The notes under the pieces: model-generated
What the model was told of the DNA's origin: nothing
The model's database searches: none
The model's input: the letters and a program-made list of their open reading frames with translations, nothing else
Position numbers and translations under genes: made by a program
Shown: one piece after another, positions 11,423 through 25,664 of the stretch
How the letters are laid out: each line of letters begins with the position of its first letter
Position numbering within the stretch: position 1 is the stretch's first letter
Source: Octopus sinensis
Lineage: Eukaryota
Direction of reading: 5' to 3'
NCBI RefSeq assembly: GCF_006345805.1
Contig: NC_043003.1
Location: forward strand, 76,012,001-76,076,000
Length of the DNA stretch: 64,000 nt

Positions 11423-14400
11423 TAAGAGCAAGTAATAAGTGTTTTGTATTTTCCAAAGTATTAATCTCACGAGAGCTGAACTGGCAAAAACAGAGGGCTA
11501 AATTCAAGTAGCCATCTTCAATTAGAATCAAATACGTTAAACTTCTTCCAATTGTTATGAGATTGCTTCGTCCTACGCGCCCATGTAACTTTAAGTAATA
11601 CGGAGATGGGCCAAACTCTTATTTAAAAATATAGGCAACTCCTATCAGCTATGCCGAATGGCAAATCTTTCGTTGTCTGCTCATTCATATTATATCTGTG
11701 TGTATTTAGGGTGGTGTTTGTAGTTACATATATATGCTGTGAAAAATGAGGTGCAAGAGGATGCATTGGTGATCGTTGGGTGGAAGATGGTGACATATAT
11801 ATTTGAAGGTGGTGGTTGCTGTTACCTTCAACTATATGATGCTCGCTCACTTCTATCTTTATAGTTAACAACCACCAAACACTTCCTAATGACCATTTAT
11901 ATATCATCACTTCTGTTAACATCTATATTTACTATCTCTAACTCAACTATCTTTGGTATGACGAACACTCATACTTTCTTTGCAACCACACCCTCTACTC
12001 GGGTATCCCTCACTCCTTGCTGTTAGATATCTAGCAAAATCACGTCATCTACAGTCCTCATGGAAGCCCTCAAAGAAAACAAACTACATCTTGTTCGTCT
12101 CATAGCTATGGATGTAAAATTGATATGCACGTATTTATGAGTGTGCGTGTGTGTGTGTGTCAACAAGTATATACGTGTGTATGTGTGCATTGTGTGTGTT
12201 TGCATTGTGTGTGTGCATTTTGTGCGTATATATGATTTGTGCTCTAGTACGGTGGTGTGATATTCTTCTAAATTAATTTGACTTTATACATCGTAAAGAC
12301 ATCACGAGGATCTGAGCGGAGAAGATTGGAATTTCCTACGATCAGTTCTTAAATTCACTATTTTTGTTTGTTTATTATTTCTATACGATATAAAAGCGTT
12401 TGAATTAATAATCTCATCGAAGAACAGAGAAGAATCCAATATATATTCTACTTCCGTAAGCAAATTCATTGGAATATCCGCCACTAAGTTAATGCTTTGT
12501 GGACCACTTTATAGAAACTTCTTGAAATTGATTATGATTAATAATACTTTGTTTAGAAGTAAAGTCATTCTAAAGTGCGATGAAGTAATATATACCACTA
12601 TATATAACGCTGCATATTTCTTAATTAATTTTCTCCTGGAACAAGAGCATCCATATATGTATGCGTTTCTTAATATAAATTGTCAGAATCTATCATCGCA
12701 GACTATTTTATATTGATTTAAATAAGTTTGTTTGATGGAATCCTAACAACCCTCTTCACTTAACATACAACGAGAATTGTCAATAAAGCACACATACTCA
12801 AAACATAAACCCAACAAGTGGTAGACAAATGTATTTTTGCATTTAGTTACGTACATTGACACTTCTGAATTCAAATCATAACAAAATCATTGTTTGCCTC
12901 TCCGATCGTTGGTAAATGAGTTAAAAAGTTAGGTGCTTGGACCAGACTTCCACATACGCACACGATACGATTTAGGTAAAAGGAAAGAATGTAACAGCTC
13001 TGCTTCCGACAGAGATCGTTGCACCATGCATATGAAATCAACAGAAAATTTTAAGATGTTTCATACTTAAATTTCTGAATTGGTAACATGAAAGAACTAC
13101 TAACCTCTTTTCCCATTTTTTATATTTTCAATCCGTTTTCGTTATCAAGGTACAGCTTCATTCTTTTTACATTCTACAGCAAATACTGATTCGTAAAAAA
13201 AAGTTGCGATTGCACTCATTTTAATGGTTTGTAATTATTGTTACACATACCCACATCATCTTGTGCAGCAGGTATAAAGGATGGATCGTCTGTCGGATTT
13301 AACGACGATCCCACAGTTATTTGATTGATTTAACATACACTCATTTAATGAAAAAATGTGTAATTCATTGGTACGTTTAACTTTACGAGATTCTCAAGTA
13401 AAATTTGCATCGCAAAGTGGGAACAGTAACAAATCGTGAAATTGCAGAAACCATCCATTCGACGATCGTACAGTGTTTGTTTATTCCTTTTCACTGACCA
13501 GCTTTTGGTCCAACAGACGCAAGGTGTAAGAAACTTGCCCAAGATGATCTTCATGCTTTGAAATCCATTTTTTAAGCACATTAGCGTGGACATGATCAAA
13601 GTATTACTCTTTATGACCTTCCTTCAGTTTAGGGGTATGTGGAACAATTTTATTTACCATACCATTTATGGGATTTGTTTCACATATCTGGTTGCTCCAT
13701 CTAGAAGAACGATTAGATGGTGTAGAGACACATATAGTGTGCTTTTGTTAATAAGTTCAAAATGACGGGAAATTTTAAGCTTGGATAAACTGCTTGGGAA
13801 AACTATATCATGGCATGTCATTTAAATTTTGGTACATTGGTTCCTGTCAAGTGAAGAGAGAGAATTTATATGTAGTAGTATTCCAGGTATTTTTCTGTTG
13901 TAAATATATAAAATATCTTCAGATTCTAGACTAACTGAATCGGACACATAACTTTCAGTTAGCCACCAGGACAGCACATATTGCTTTTATAGTACTGATG
14001 GCGAATATTTCGCATGAGAATATATTTATTCATTGGAAAAAGCCATTTTTATTACTATTAATCTTAAAATCGAAGAAAAAACAATTTAAAAAGTCCTAAT
14101 TGGCAAGATACTTTAGTTTATTTTCAAAGCAATTCCTCAGGGTTCATTCTATTTACATTAAAGTAACAAATAACTAATTTAGAGCACCCCAGAGCTAGAT
14201 GGCTGGAATCCTTATGTTGATTCAGTAAGAAAAACATCAGTATCATAATTAAGTAAAGAAGTCCTCTCTATTGTCATCGGTTTACAAATTCTCACCAGGC
14301 AAATAGTATGGTTTTTACTGCTTCTTGAACTTTCTATTGTGTTCTTTGGCCGTGTCACTCTATGGGAGAGTGCACGTGTACGCATAGTTTTCTTAGAATC

Positions 14401-15243
14401 TGTTCGAGATTAAAATATCAAACGAATAACTGTGAATAAGATTAGTAGTATCATGAAACACAATGTTTCTTCTCTCTGAATTGTCCGAGGGTTGGGTTAT
14501 AGGCACCAGTTCTTTTGTGTATATCATTGTTCAGTTTTATTTCTAGATTTCCTGCCAATAAAGAAAGAGCTGGTTTCTAACTTAGATCCAAGGCTGCTTC
14601 ATTGGAATTTCAACATCAACAACAGGGAATTTTGTATGTATGCATGTTTGTATGTATGTATGCATGAATGGATGGATGAATGGATGGATGGATGCATATG
14701 TGTGGTGTGTGCACGCCTCTAAGTTCGTCTCTGGTTGAGTGCATATGTGCGTCTTCATTTGTGTGTATGAACACATGGGTAGCAGCTTATGCTTCTTCTT
14801 AAAAATTATATATTACAAAAAAAGTGTTGATGTACTGTTACATTTTCTTTTATTAACCTTTACTCTACCAGCGAATAAGAAATTCATATTTTGTTTCTAA
14901 CCAAAAGTTTCCGAAGTTGATCTTTATCATTAAGTTTTCCGGGTTCTCGCAGCTCATAATTTCCAGTTCGAGAGTAACCTTCGTTTGTGAATTATTCTTT
15001 TTTTATGGTGGGTGCATTATGTGTATGTATTTGCAGACAGACCGAGAGACAGACTGACAGACACACACACACATACACACACTCTCATAAACATACACCA
15101 CATACACATACATGCACACACAACATGTACCTATAAATATATGCATATATATAAATCTGGATTTGCATATATGAATATTGATAGCTATACATATGCCTAC
15201 ATACATATAAGCATGCTTATAAGTAGGTATATACATAAATAAC

Positions 15244-15274
<31 letters not shown>

Positions 15275-15326
15275 ATCACACATGCTCATACACATATGTA
15301 TATGTATGTGTGTAAATATATATGTA

Positions 15327-15391
<65 letters not shown>

Positions 15392-15725
15392 ATATACACA
15401 CACACACGCGTATGTAAGTATGTATGCGCACAATACACACTCACATCCGTGTTTGTATTCGTATATGCATTACAAATATTATTTCGAAATATATTCTATG
15501 TAGTCCTGAATTTGTTTGTTATTACATTGCTTTTATACAAACAGTCGTTCATGCGTGCACTAATGTATACAAACTTATATAGATGCATATAATCATCCAA
15601 ACAGAGAAACATATATGAACTTATTACTTTGTAAACTTTGTATGAAATTTTCTATGGTTATAGGCCACTGTTCGTATGTATAGCAGAATCTATCTCTCTC
15701 AAAATCTATCACCCTCTACCAAACT

Positions 15726-15785
<60 letters not shown>

Positions 15786-16151
15786 GATGCTCTTTCATTC
15801 CCCACCCCTTGTCTCTCCATCTTCCTTTCGCCCTTTTGTATACGAATGTCTAAGAGTGTTGTGACTACTGGAATGAATCAATGCTCACTTTGCATAAAGT
15901 TTTCTGCATATATCGAAATCAAATCAGTAACGGTTGTTTGGTACTTAAACTATGTTACACGTAATTTATGAATGCACAAAGACAAACAGATGAATGCGTT
16001 CACAGAAGCAAGTGTCTCTATATGAGATGAAATAAAAAGGAAGGGCAAGGGTGTGCGTGAGATAACATACTACAACCATAGACGCTAACACTCCAACATA
16101 TATGTGATCAAATAAATGAATATGTATATATATATGTATATATATATATAT

Positions 16152-16193
<42 letters not shown>

Positions 16194-16844
16194 TATATAT
16201 ATGTATGTATATATATATATATATTCATATACATATGGTATAAATGGATACATGCAAACATACTTGCATACAAATACACTCAAACAAGCTCATACATATA
16301 TACTGTCCTTCTACAATAAGGAACTGGCGAATCTGCCTCAATACTACAATTATATTCAATCGACGAGGCATTTCTTTGGCTTATGAGTTACATAGTGACC
16401 TCACTAATGCATGTGTCAAGAGAAGAGCACTCATTAATCTCTGTAAAATATTTGGCCTTTGAAAGGTCATCCATCGATGGAAACCGTACTCTAGTAGACA
16501 CTTGGAGATTGATGCAGTCCGTTACAAATTTGGACCCTGTCAAATTGTCCAATACATGCAGATAAAGGAGACGGAGTTTAAATGATCATGATGCCGAGGA
16601 TGAGTGGGGTAGATATTTGTATTGCACATTACATGTATATATAGTATACAAGATGCATAGACATACATCCACACAAACATATACACACATATATATGTGC
16701 GTGTGTGTGTATATACATAACAAAGTCACGCACACACACACACGCACACACACATACACGTACACACACATATATTCACACACACAAACTCACACACACA
16801 CACACACATATACACACAGAGGCACAGACACACACATATATATA

Positions 16845-16937
16845 TACGAAAGGCTTCTCTCAGTTCATAAATCCAATCAAATCCAGTCATAAAGCTTAGG
16901 TCGGACCGAGGCAATTGGAGAAGACACTTGCTAAGGT
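16845..16937 (-). mobile_element. SINE family A fragment (CORE-proximal part)
   Basis: ggcttctctcagt..aaatccagtcataaagcttaggtcggaccgaggcaattggagaagacacttgctaaggtg. Confidence 0.65.
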
Positions 16938-16961
16938 GATATATATATATATACATATATA

Positions 16962-17075
<114 letters not shown>

Positions 17076-18372
17076 GTGTGTGTGTGTGTGTGTGTGTGTG
17101 TACAGAGAAAATACTTGAGACTTTCAGAATTTTATCATGGAAGATGTAAGGCAGTATTTACATTTCCAAATGTAGCCTCTTAGCCACATATAAACATATG
17201 TAAGTGCGTATGTGCATGCAAATGTATGTGTGTATCTCTGTGTGTATTTTTTATGTATAGCCCGAGATGGGTTGTATGTATATGGGTGACTTGAATGATA
17301 TCTTAAATGAGTTGGGACACGTTGGGATCTAGAGTTTATTTCTAAATTTCAGTATACAACGTGGATACTATATGCGATAGGAATTTTCGCTACGATAACT
17401 TCATTTAATTACTCCTTTTATGTTTTAGACATGGCGATATCTAGTCTAGTTTCTCTTCTTTAATTAAATTATATATTTAGTGCTTCTGAGGAAATGTATT
17501 CCGTTGATTTTGTTGTGTTTCTTACATCGTGAAACAGGAGTTGGTTTTTCCTTTAGATATCATTTTTTCCATATTTCATTGATTTATGTGTTTGTAACTA
17601 ATTTCTTCGATTATATATTTCATAAGTTTTCTTTGCTACGCTTAAGTTGTTTTTATGTTTTATAGTTTTTATGTTCTTTAGATAGCAATGTCAGTTTGAT
17701 TTATTTTCACCATTTTCTATACTTTATTTTGCTGAATTTCTGAGAAGTGGCTGTAGCAAATGACGACTCATGTTTGAGACGTGGTATTTGTATATCTGCC
17801 TTGTAACTATAAGGAAATGTCGACTTAATGAACACATTAACTTTATGTTTAGGCCTGCTTCGTCTTCTATTTCGAAGAGAAGTTAAATTTATGACCTGCT
17901 GACACTGTGCGGTTAAATAGCACTGTTCTTCTGTGGAAACCAGAATAATAACCGTTAGGAAGCTAGAGATGGAGTGTATACATTTATTATCTGATTATTT
18001 ATCAAAAAGCACCCGGTAGCTATGCTGGTGCTAGTCGACTAGTGCCTCAACAAAGAGACAAGAATGCGACATATTTCCCTTGCAGGCCTAACAAAATATA
18101 GTTAGTATGCTCTAACTGGGCAGAGAATTCATAATTTTTTAGACTTTTTATTCAACCTCTTTTGTCTTAATGGCACGCAAAACATAGCAGATAATCTCTA
18201 TAAAATGCTTAGCGGAGAGAAGGCAACCACACATAAAAGGAAGCCAAAACATGGTACAAGTACCAGAGTGTGGAGCCAGCTCCATTCAACAGGAGATGAC
18301 TTCGACAGATGACCGTTCGGAATAATGATGATGATGACGATGATGAAGATGATGAAATATTATACACACATG

Positions 18373-18422
<50 letters not shown>

Positions 18423-18475
18423 CAATATATGTATATATATGTGTGTGTGTGTATGTATATATTATCTATGCATTT

Positions 18476-18531
<56 letters not shown>

Positions 18532-18751
18532 GCAACACGCACACACACGCACGTACATACACACCCACACAGGCAAGCATGCGTGCACACAGAGACATAC
18601 ATTCCATGCAACTTACGTTTTCGAGGGCACGTCAGAGGAATCTAACTCATCATTCTTGCATAAGATAGGTTCGTTTGATGAGCCGAATCAACCACTTATT
18701 AAAAAATATATACATATCTATAAATAGGTATGTGGGTGTGCTTGCATATAT

Positions 18752-19028
18752 GAATGTGTGGTAAGAAGCTTCCTTCTTAACCATATAGTTCTGGGTTCAG
18801 TCCCAATGCGTGACACTTTGGGCAAGTGAACTGAATTAGTAGACGGAAACTGAAATAAGCCTTTCGTATACATATATATATATATATGTGTGTGTGTGTA
18901 TTTATGTATTTTCTGTGTATATGTCCCCACCACCATCGCTTGACAACCGATGTTGATATGTTGATATTGCTTCGAGTAAAGGCGATCCTCCAGCATGGCC
19001 GCAGTCAAATAGCTGAAACATCTAAAAG
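18752..19028 (+). mobile_element. SINE family A, plus orientation, internally deleted
   Basis: gtgtggtaagaagcttcc..gggttcagtccc (B box)..ctttgggcaagtg..agacggaaactgaaataagcc..microsatellite..cgcttgacaaccgatg..ccagcatggccgcagtcaaatagctgaaac. Confidence 0.8.
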
Positions 19029-20205
19029 TTTTATATATGTGTGTGTGTCTGTGTGTGTGTGTATGTGTATTTATATACATATGTATGTAAGTATATATAT
19101 GTAACCATAAATATATACATACATGCATACATACATGGATATTTATGCATATGTATTTCCATCTGTACAGTTTTATTAATCTTTTGCGGCTTTTCGTGGA
19201 TTCATCAGTTCTTCTTTAGGCATATTTGTGCTTTTATTATTCTTATAATCACATCCGCCTGTAGTCACAATGTTAGTGTTGCTGTTAATATTTGATGTAA
19301 TTACATTTCTCTTATCATTTCCGCGTTTACCTCCCATATTCATACGTTTAGACATTAAAGAGGTGTTATAGTTATTAATTTGTTTAGTATTCTTATGTTT
19401 AGAGCATATTTAAATCAATGAGAGGTATTTGGTTTATATGAAATGATAAATTGCATCTTATCGTCAGAACCTCATTCCAAATATTACCATTATCATATTC
19501 AGGGTTATTATTAAGTGTTTCTATGTTTGAGGTAAGTTAGGCTATTTTAAGAGAAATATTCCTTAATATTCCTTATAGATTACATATTTTAGATTTTGGA
19601 TGACTAGAATTGTTACCTATGTAGATGTCGCATTTCTTGTTTTCCCTAGACACCTCACTGTACTTATAACCACCTTTATTTTCGTTCATTCTTTCTGTCA
19701 CCGATAATATAAAAATAATTTTAATAAAATTCTTACCTGCTATACATACAATGTTCTACAGAATTAATGCAGTTCTAATTTTCCATACTAGGTAATTTAC
19801 ATACTAGGTAATTGGTAATTCACAACAGATAAATTTCTGTTTTTTTTTCTGGCGTGATTATACTATCGGCTATGTAATGATTGTCGTATTACATCCAAGT
19901 GTACGTTTCTGAAGTCATTTATTATAGAGATTAATCAATCGACACTTATATGCCGCTTTCAGATATTGAATCTGAAAATTGCATATACAAAATGTATAGA
20001 TATAGGCACGTGTGTTTGTGTGTGTGTGTATGTGGGTGCGCGCGCACGAACACACATATGAACTCAAAAGTATGTATTTTTAAGTATTTTCTATTTCCAT
20101 GTATATTCATATTCATGCGAGTTTATATTTGAGCAGGTATACTTGTATATGTATATATAGATACATACATACATGCATACATACATACATCATATACATA
20201 TATAC

Positions 20206-20247
<42 letters not shown>

Positions 20248-20248
20248 C

Positions 20249-20830
20249 AGAAACTGCAGTCTGAGAATTACCGGTTTAGTAAATGTTTTTATCTTCATTT
20301 CACTTAATTTATCAAGCTTCTGTATTCCTAGCACATATTTCGCCTTAATGTACTGATATATAAAAATATATGGCTTGTGTTAGTAATACCAGCGATTATA
20401 ATTATTTTTATTTTATCGCAATTTGATTTGTTTACATATTTCTCGATAAATTATGAGCGCCAGGCGATATACCAGAATTCCCTAGTGTTGTCGGGACGTT
20501 CGGAGTCTGCGCAGTGATATGATTAGTTAGGGAGAGTAATTCATTAGACGCACATGCTTCTAGTGAGTTAGGATCCCAGAAAAACAGGGTCTCACTGAAG
20601 AATTCTCCCTGGGCAAATAAATTATCTTTATTGCTGAAAAGAAAGAAACTGCAGTCTGAGAATTACCGGTTTAGTAAATGTTTTTATCTTCATTTCACTT
20701 AATTTATCAAGCTTCTGTATTCCTAGCACATATTTCGCCTTAATGTACTGATATATGAAAAATATATGGCTTGTGTTAGTAATACCAGCGATTATAATTA
20801 TTTTTATTTTATCGCAATTTGATTTGTTTA
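20249..20830 (+). mobile_element. Partial tandem repeat (395-bp period, about 1.5 units) within (TA)n; candidate retrozyme or PLE pseudo-LTR
   Basis: 20249-20434 and 20644-20830 are identical except for one extra G. TA tracts flank both ends, and a hammerhead-like motif spans the unit junction. Confidence 0.6.
20582..20672 (+). ncRNA. Candidate type I hammerhead ribozyme with palindromic stem III; predicted cleavage after GUC at 20656
   Basis: Stem I TCTCA(20590-94)/TGAGA(20657-61), core CTGAAGA (20595-601), stem II TTCT/AGAA with inner hairpin, GAAA (20645-48), CTGCAG, TC. The 10.1/11.1 position is a non-canonical A.A. Confidence 0.55.
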
Positions 20831-21070
20831 TATATATATATATATATATATATGCGTGTGTGTGTATATATTAATCTGTTTCTTTCTTTAAAGGTAATGT
20901 TAGGGAAACGAGAGATGAATTTTTCAATACTGTACACCATAGAACCAGTGGAAAACATTTTAGAAACCATATGAATTTCTTGTTATTGAGTACTTATAAG
21001 TTTTCTGCAATTCTTCTTAGAAAACTTTAATATTCTGTCTTTTCTATCGATACATATTTTAGAGCATATA

Positions 21071-21877
21071 CAGTAATCCCTCGAATATTGAGGGTATTAC
21101 AATCTAAAACACCACACAATATAAGATCCGCGAAGTAGAAACAGTACTGTATGTATAATCTTTTACTTGTTTCAGTCATTTGACTGTGGCCATACTGGAG
21201 CCTTTAGTCGTGCAAATCGTCCCCAGGACTTATTCTTTCTAAGCCTAATACTTATTCTATCGGTCTGTTTTGCCGAACCGCTGAGTTACGGGGACGTAAG
21301 CACACCTGCATCGGTTGTCAAGTGATGTTGGGGGGACACACACAGATATAAAAACATATACACACGTATACACACACACACACATATATATATATACACG
21401 TATATATATGTGACGGGCTTCTTTCACTTTCCGTCTACCAAATCCACTCTTAAGGGTTTGGTAGGCCCAATGCTATAGTAGAAGACACTTGCCCAAGATG
21501 CCACGCAGTGGGACTGAACCCGGAACCATGTATATTGTATATCATTTATATAATTTGCGTTTACTTTCTCATAAATGCAAAACAACACTACACACTCGCC
21601 TCTCGAGTTTCGTTTTCCGTACAGTATTTTCTTTTAATATATTTTAATGGGTATGTTATCTAGTGCAGTACTGTACTGTATTTTTATTTATTAATTCCTT
21701 AATTTCTAGTCGTGAAATGCTTTTTTACAACAGAAATAAATAAATAAATGATTTTCAGCCGCAGAAACCCGCGATATACTGCGGAGTCCGCGATATAAAT
21801 TTACATATATTAGCCAGAAAAATCCTCGATGTACTGAGGGTGCGATAGGTGAAATGCGATATGGCAAGTGATCGCTG
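21071..21877. mobile_element. Tigger/pogo-like non-autonomous element interrupted by a SINE
   Basis: The left end TA-cagtaatccctcg is a Tigger-type TIR and the right end gatcgctg-TA is degenerate. Internal ccgcga/gcgata-rich subterminal motifs are present. Confidence 0.6.
21161..21530 (-). mobile_element. SINE family A, near full length, nested in the Tigger-like element
   Basis: tttcagtcatttgactgtggccatactggagc..gccgaaccgctgagttacggggacgtaa..gacgggcttctttc..gaagacacttgcccaagatgccacgcagtgggactgaacccggaaccatg. Confidence 0.88.
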
Positions 21878-22581
21878 TAAATGCTTATTTAAGCATGTAG
21901 AATTGTTTAGTGACATATACTGCACGTACACTTAGCTATGTGTTTTTGTTGTTGCTTGTTTTTGTTATATGTACTTGTCAATTAATTATTTAAGAAGAAA
22001 ATCTACAAAATATCGTTGGCTACCAATAAAATAAAATTGGTGTTATTTGTGAGTAAACATACGCGGGAAGAAGGATTGGCAGTTTTAACGAGGGACGTTT
22101 AGCTGCCGAAGCCTGAAGCTTTATTATGTGAAATATAAATGATTTAGAAATATGTACTGTATACCGCACTGTAAACTTCGGCTAGCCACACAAGAAAAAA
22201 ACTACTCACTGATTATTAGTAAATAGCGCTCAAATCTTCAGAAGTCAAATGTTGCAATTTTAAAACTAAACGATACATAGAATGATGAATACCTCCTGTA
22301 CTGAACCAGAATAAAATAAGTGAGGGTCACAAGTGAAATAAGTTTCATCACATTTTTTTTTTGTATTTTGAGGCATTATAATTATTTACAAAACAACAGA
22401 AACAAAACAGGACACACACCCTAGGTCAGCATCTATATGAGAGATAATCCTATAACTTTTACACAATATCATATATGCTTCAACACATAATCATATACAA
22501 AACCACATATCCATACGCATGTATACATGCACACAAGCACACGCGCGCGCGCATATACACATGCACTGACACAGGCGCACA

Positions 22582-22643
<62 letters not shown>

Positions 22644-22779
22644 GATACACACATACAACACTCACACATATATAGCCTCGAAACGTAAAAGACATTCTCA
22701 CCTTCCCGAGAGTTAAACTATTACACCAGCTTGTGGTTGACATACACCTGTCTTCATCTTTTGTTTTTCTGTAAATTCC

Positions 22780-22819
<40 letters not shown>

Positions 22820-22824
22820 TATTA

Positions 22825-22877
<53 letters not shown>

Positions 22878-23578
22878 GACATGAAATGTAAAAGCCGGAC
22901 TAGACTACTTGATGCGCAACTTCATTGTCTCCCGAGACAAAAAGGATGCCAACCAACCAACATATATATATATATACATATACATATATATGTACATAAT
23001 TATATATTTACACATACACACACACATATATACATATATATATATGGTGGCTGCCCCCTCGTTATCGAGTATGGCCATTGGACGAAGCTTAATCAATCTT
23101 GTTATCGTGCAATACCTGTGCAAGAAGATTTTTTTTAAAGTGAGGAAAGGCTGTGCACTGAGTCAATCCCATTCACTAAGCAACAGCAGCCATAATCCGA
23201 AAAGAAGAACAAGTCAACATCATCGGTAACCACTGAGCCGCAGATTTTATGTCTTGAGTAACCTTCTCCTAGAAGGATGCCTAACAAAGGCTAGGAGTCC
23301 TTCGCTCCCAATGGTTTAACCGCGCGATCGGATATTCAGTCCGATTATTTCTATGTCTCCTCGTATGATACAGCCATAAGACATTTATTGGATGGCCGTT
23401 GACTCTCAAGAGTTCTTCCGCCATTTGACGGGTTTTATTTTTCATCTCGCAGGGTGTCCAATAAACACCCTCCTCACCAAGCAAGCTTGGTTGGATTGTC
23501 AGTTTAGTCGCCAACGACCCGACCATACAACATGTTGTACTGGGTTACATGTTACCATTAGCATTCGAAAGCGACCTG

Positions 23579-23631
<53 letters not shown>

Positions 23632-25540
23632 ATATATACATACACACATATACAGATAGACAGCTAGAAAGAGGAAGACAGATTCTTAATGAAAAGTTTG
23701 ACTGTGACTTCCAGAATTCTTAAGTAGTGGTCGTTAATATTCTGCCTAACGATGCCAATTCTCGAAGGAACTTAGAAGACATCGACAAACTATACTATGC
23801 AAAAATAAATGCATCCACAGATTCACTGAGATGTAAAGATGAAAAATCATATATTTTATTCTTACTGCATTTTTCAAATTCCACTTCTAGTTCAAAACGT
23901 CTTTTCTTATAAAATATTTTACATTCTAGATTTTCGAATTTTGAGAATAGTAAGAATAAAAAGATATATAAATCCGATAAACTGACAATAAAAATAAAGC
24001 TATAAAACTTTTTTAAATATTGATATCCCTTTTTATTCCTATCTTGCTGTTTGGTGAAGGGTGTTGATAGTTTTTGTATTTTCTGCCTGTGTGCGTGTGT
24101 GTATGTATGTGTGAATGTGCTTTTGTTTATATTTTTTGAAAGGGATTCTTAGCGTGTACTTTTAAAGCAGGTATTTCAATGATGCAAAAGCTTTCGTTCC
24201 TGCATGATGTGTTTTGCAATGAATATCAATCGATGTAACTCTCTGCTTTTATTATCTGTGCATTCTTAATCTCTTTGTGCATCTCTTCCTACTCTCTGAC
24301 CACACAATTTTACTGCAGTTTATACTTAGCTCATACAAGTTTAAGAGGCATAACAGTCAGCCAAGCAATGGTGTTTCGTAGGATCTACTATGAATTCTTT
24401 TTTCTTCATCATTATTTTCAAAATTTCCCTTTTACATTCTTTTTATTTTGAAAGGAAAATTACTGAGTGAAATGCAACATCACGTTGCTTGTATTTTACC
24501 ATAACTTCTAAATGGTATGCTCCATAGACACTTAGCAACACTAAAATTGTTCGAGGGAGATTATACCAATTTTATAAGTTGGGTACATAACCTGTCGGCT
24601 GATTTTACATCACTACATAGTATTTGGTACTTTAAATGAATCTAGATTGTTGCATAGAATTCTTATTTGAGGATATTTATCCTATTCGATGGCGATCCTT
24701 CTTGGTAGCATATGAAAAGTTTTGCTTTGTTTCAGGTTTTGCCCACCTGTAATAGAGCCAATGGAAAAACCATGAGCGCTGTTATTCCTTATTTGGTTAC
24801 ATTACAAGTAAAAAAGAAAAAAATTACCTGTGCATTTCTTATTGTTGTCGATCGTGTGTTAATGCAATTATTTATCTTATTTGCTAATGCACTGATCCTG
24901 CTTACATTACATTATCTATAAAAAAACCATTTTCATTTGTAGATATAATTCATGCAGATTAACATTAAGCTTTCTTTGAAATAGATTCACGGTGCAGTTT
25001 AAGTTAAGGATAATATTGTAACCCCTGAACACTAATGCTGTCCATGTATCTTTGCCCTAAACGACAATTAACGCTGGCATACAACTTCAGGAGATGACTA
25101 AATGGAATATATAATGGAGCCGGTCTGTTAATTGACTTAGCGGAAATTACGTTAACAATATTCCAAATTTCTGCACTTGGCATCCTATTGTTAATGGTTA
25201 AAATATAGTAGATATATAAACATTAAAGGATATTCACTTAAAAATATAAAGAAAATTTTCAATAAATGTTTTGTGAAAGTTTTTTACAGCTGTTGCCTTA
25301 ATGTGAAAAATGTAAGCCAACTACAACTGTGGTCTTAATTTGAAAAATGTAAGCCAACCGATATAATCACATGAAACTACAAAAGTACTCTCCCACTAGA
25401 CCAGATATGCTTACTTATCTCCGTCATCTAGGAAACCCAAGTCGTCTCTGTTCCACTGAATAAAGCAACCAAAAAAATCCGCTGGACTGTGCGAGAGTGA
25501 TTTCAAACCATGTTATGCCAATCACTAGAATTCTTTCTAG

Positions 25541-25664
25541 CATTTAAACAAAAGCAAATGCCCTAAGAAAGTAAGCCATATCTGGAATATGAGGAACATC
25601 AGTACACCACCCATCAACAAAGGGGGCATCGTAGACTACGCTAGGCTATACATTAATGAATCAG
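25541..25664 (+). CDS. Candidate coding exon of an unidentified gene (HLNKSKCPKKVSHIWNMRNISTPPINKGGIVDYARLYINES)
   Basis: Acceptor ttctttctag, open frame of 41 codons + 1 nt, consensus donor CAG|GTAAGT, in non-repetitive sequence. No protein similarity recognised. Confidence 0.3.

Noticed and set aside
12302-12484. AFISYR motif suggesting a TIR domain start
   Set aside because: It is a six-residue match only, and the ORF ends about 25 residues later without further TIR features.
13200-14640. Protein-like minus-strand peptides (e.g. YFDHVHANVLKKWISKHEDHLGQVSYTLRLLDQKL) with a good acceptor at about 13845
   Set aside because: All frames after the acceptor stop quickly, an in-frame stop precedes the peptide, and I recognise no family.
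23230-23560. GC-richer 81-aa ORF, possibly a retroelement ORF1 remnant
   Set aside because: No diagnostic motif that I can support.
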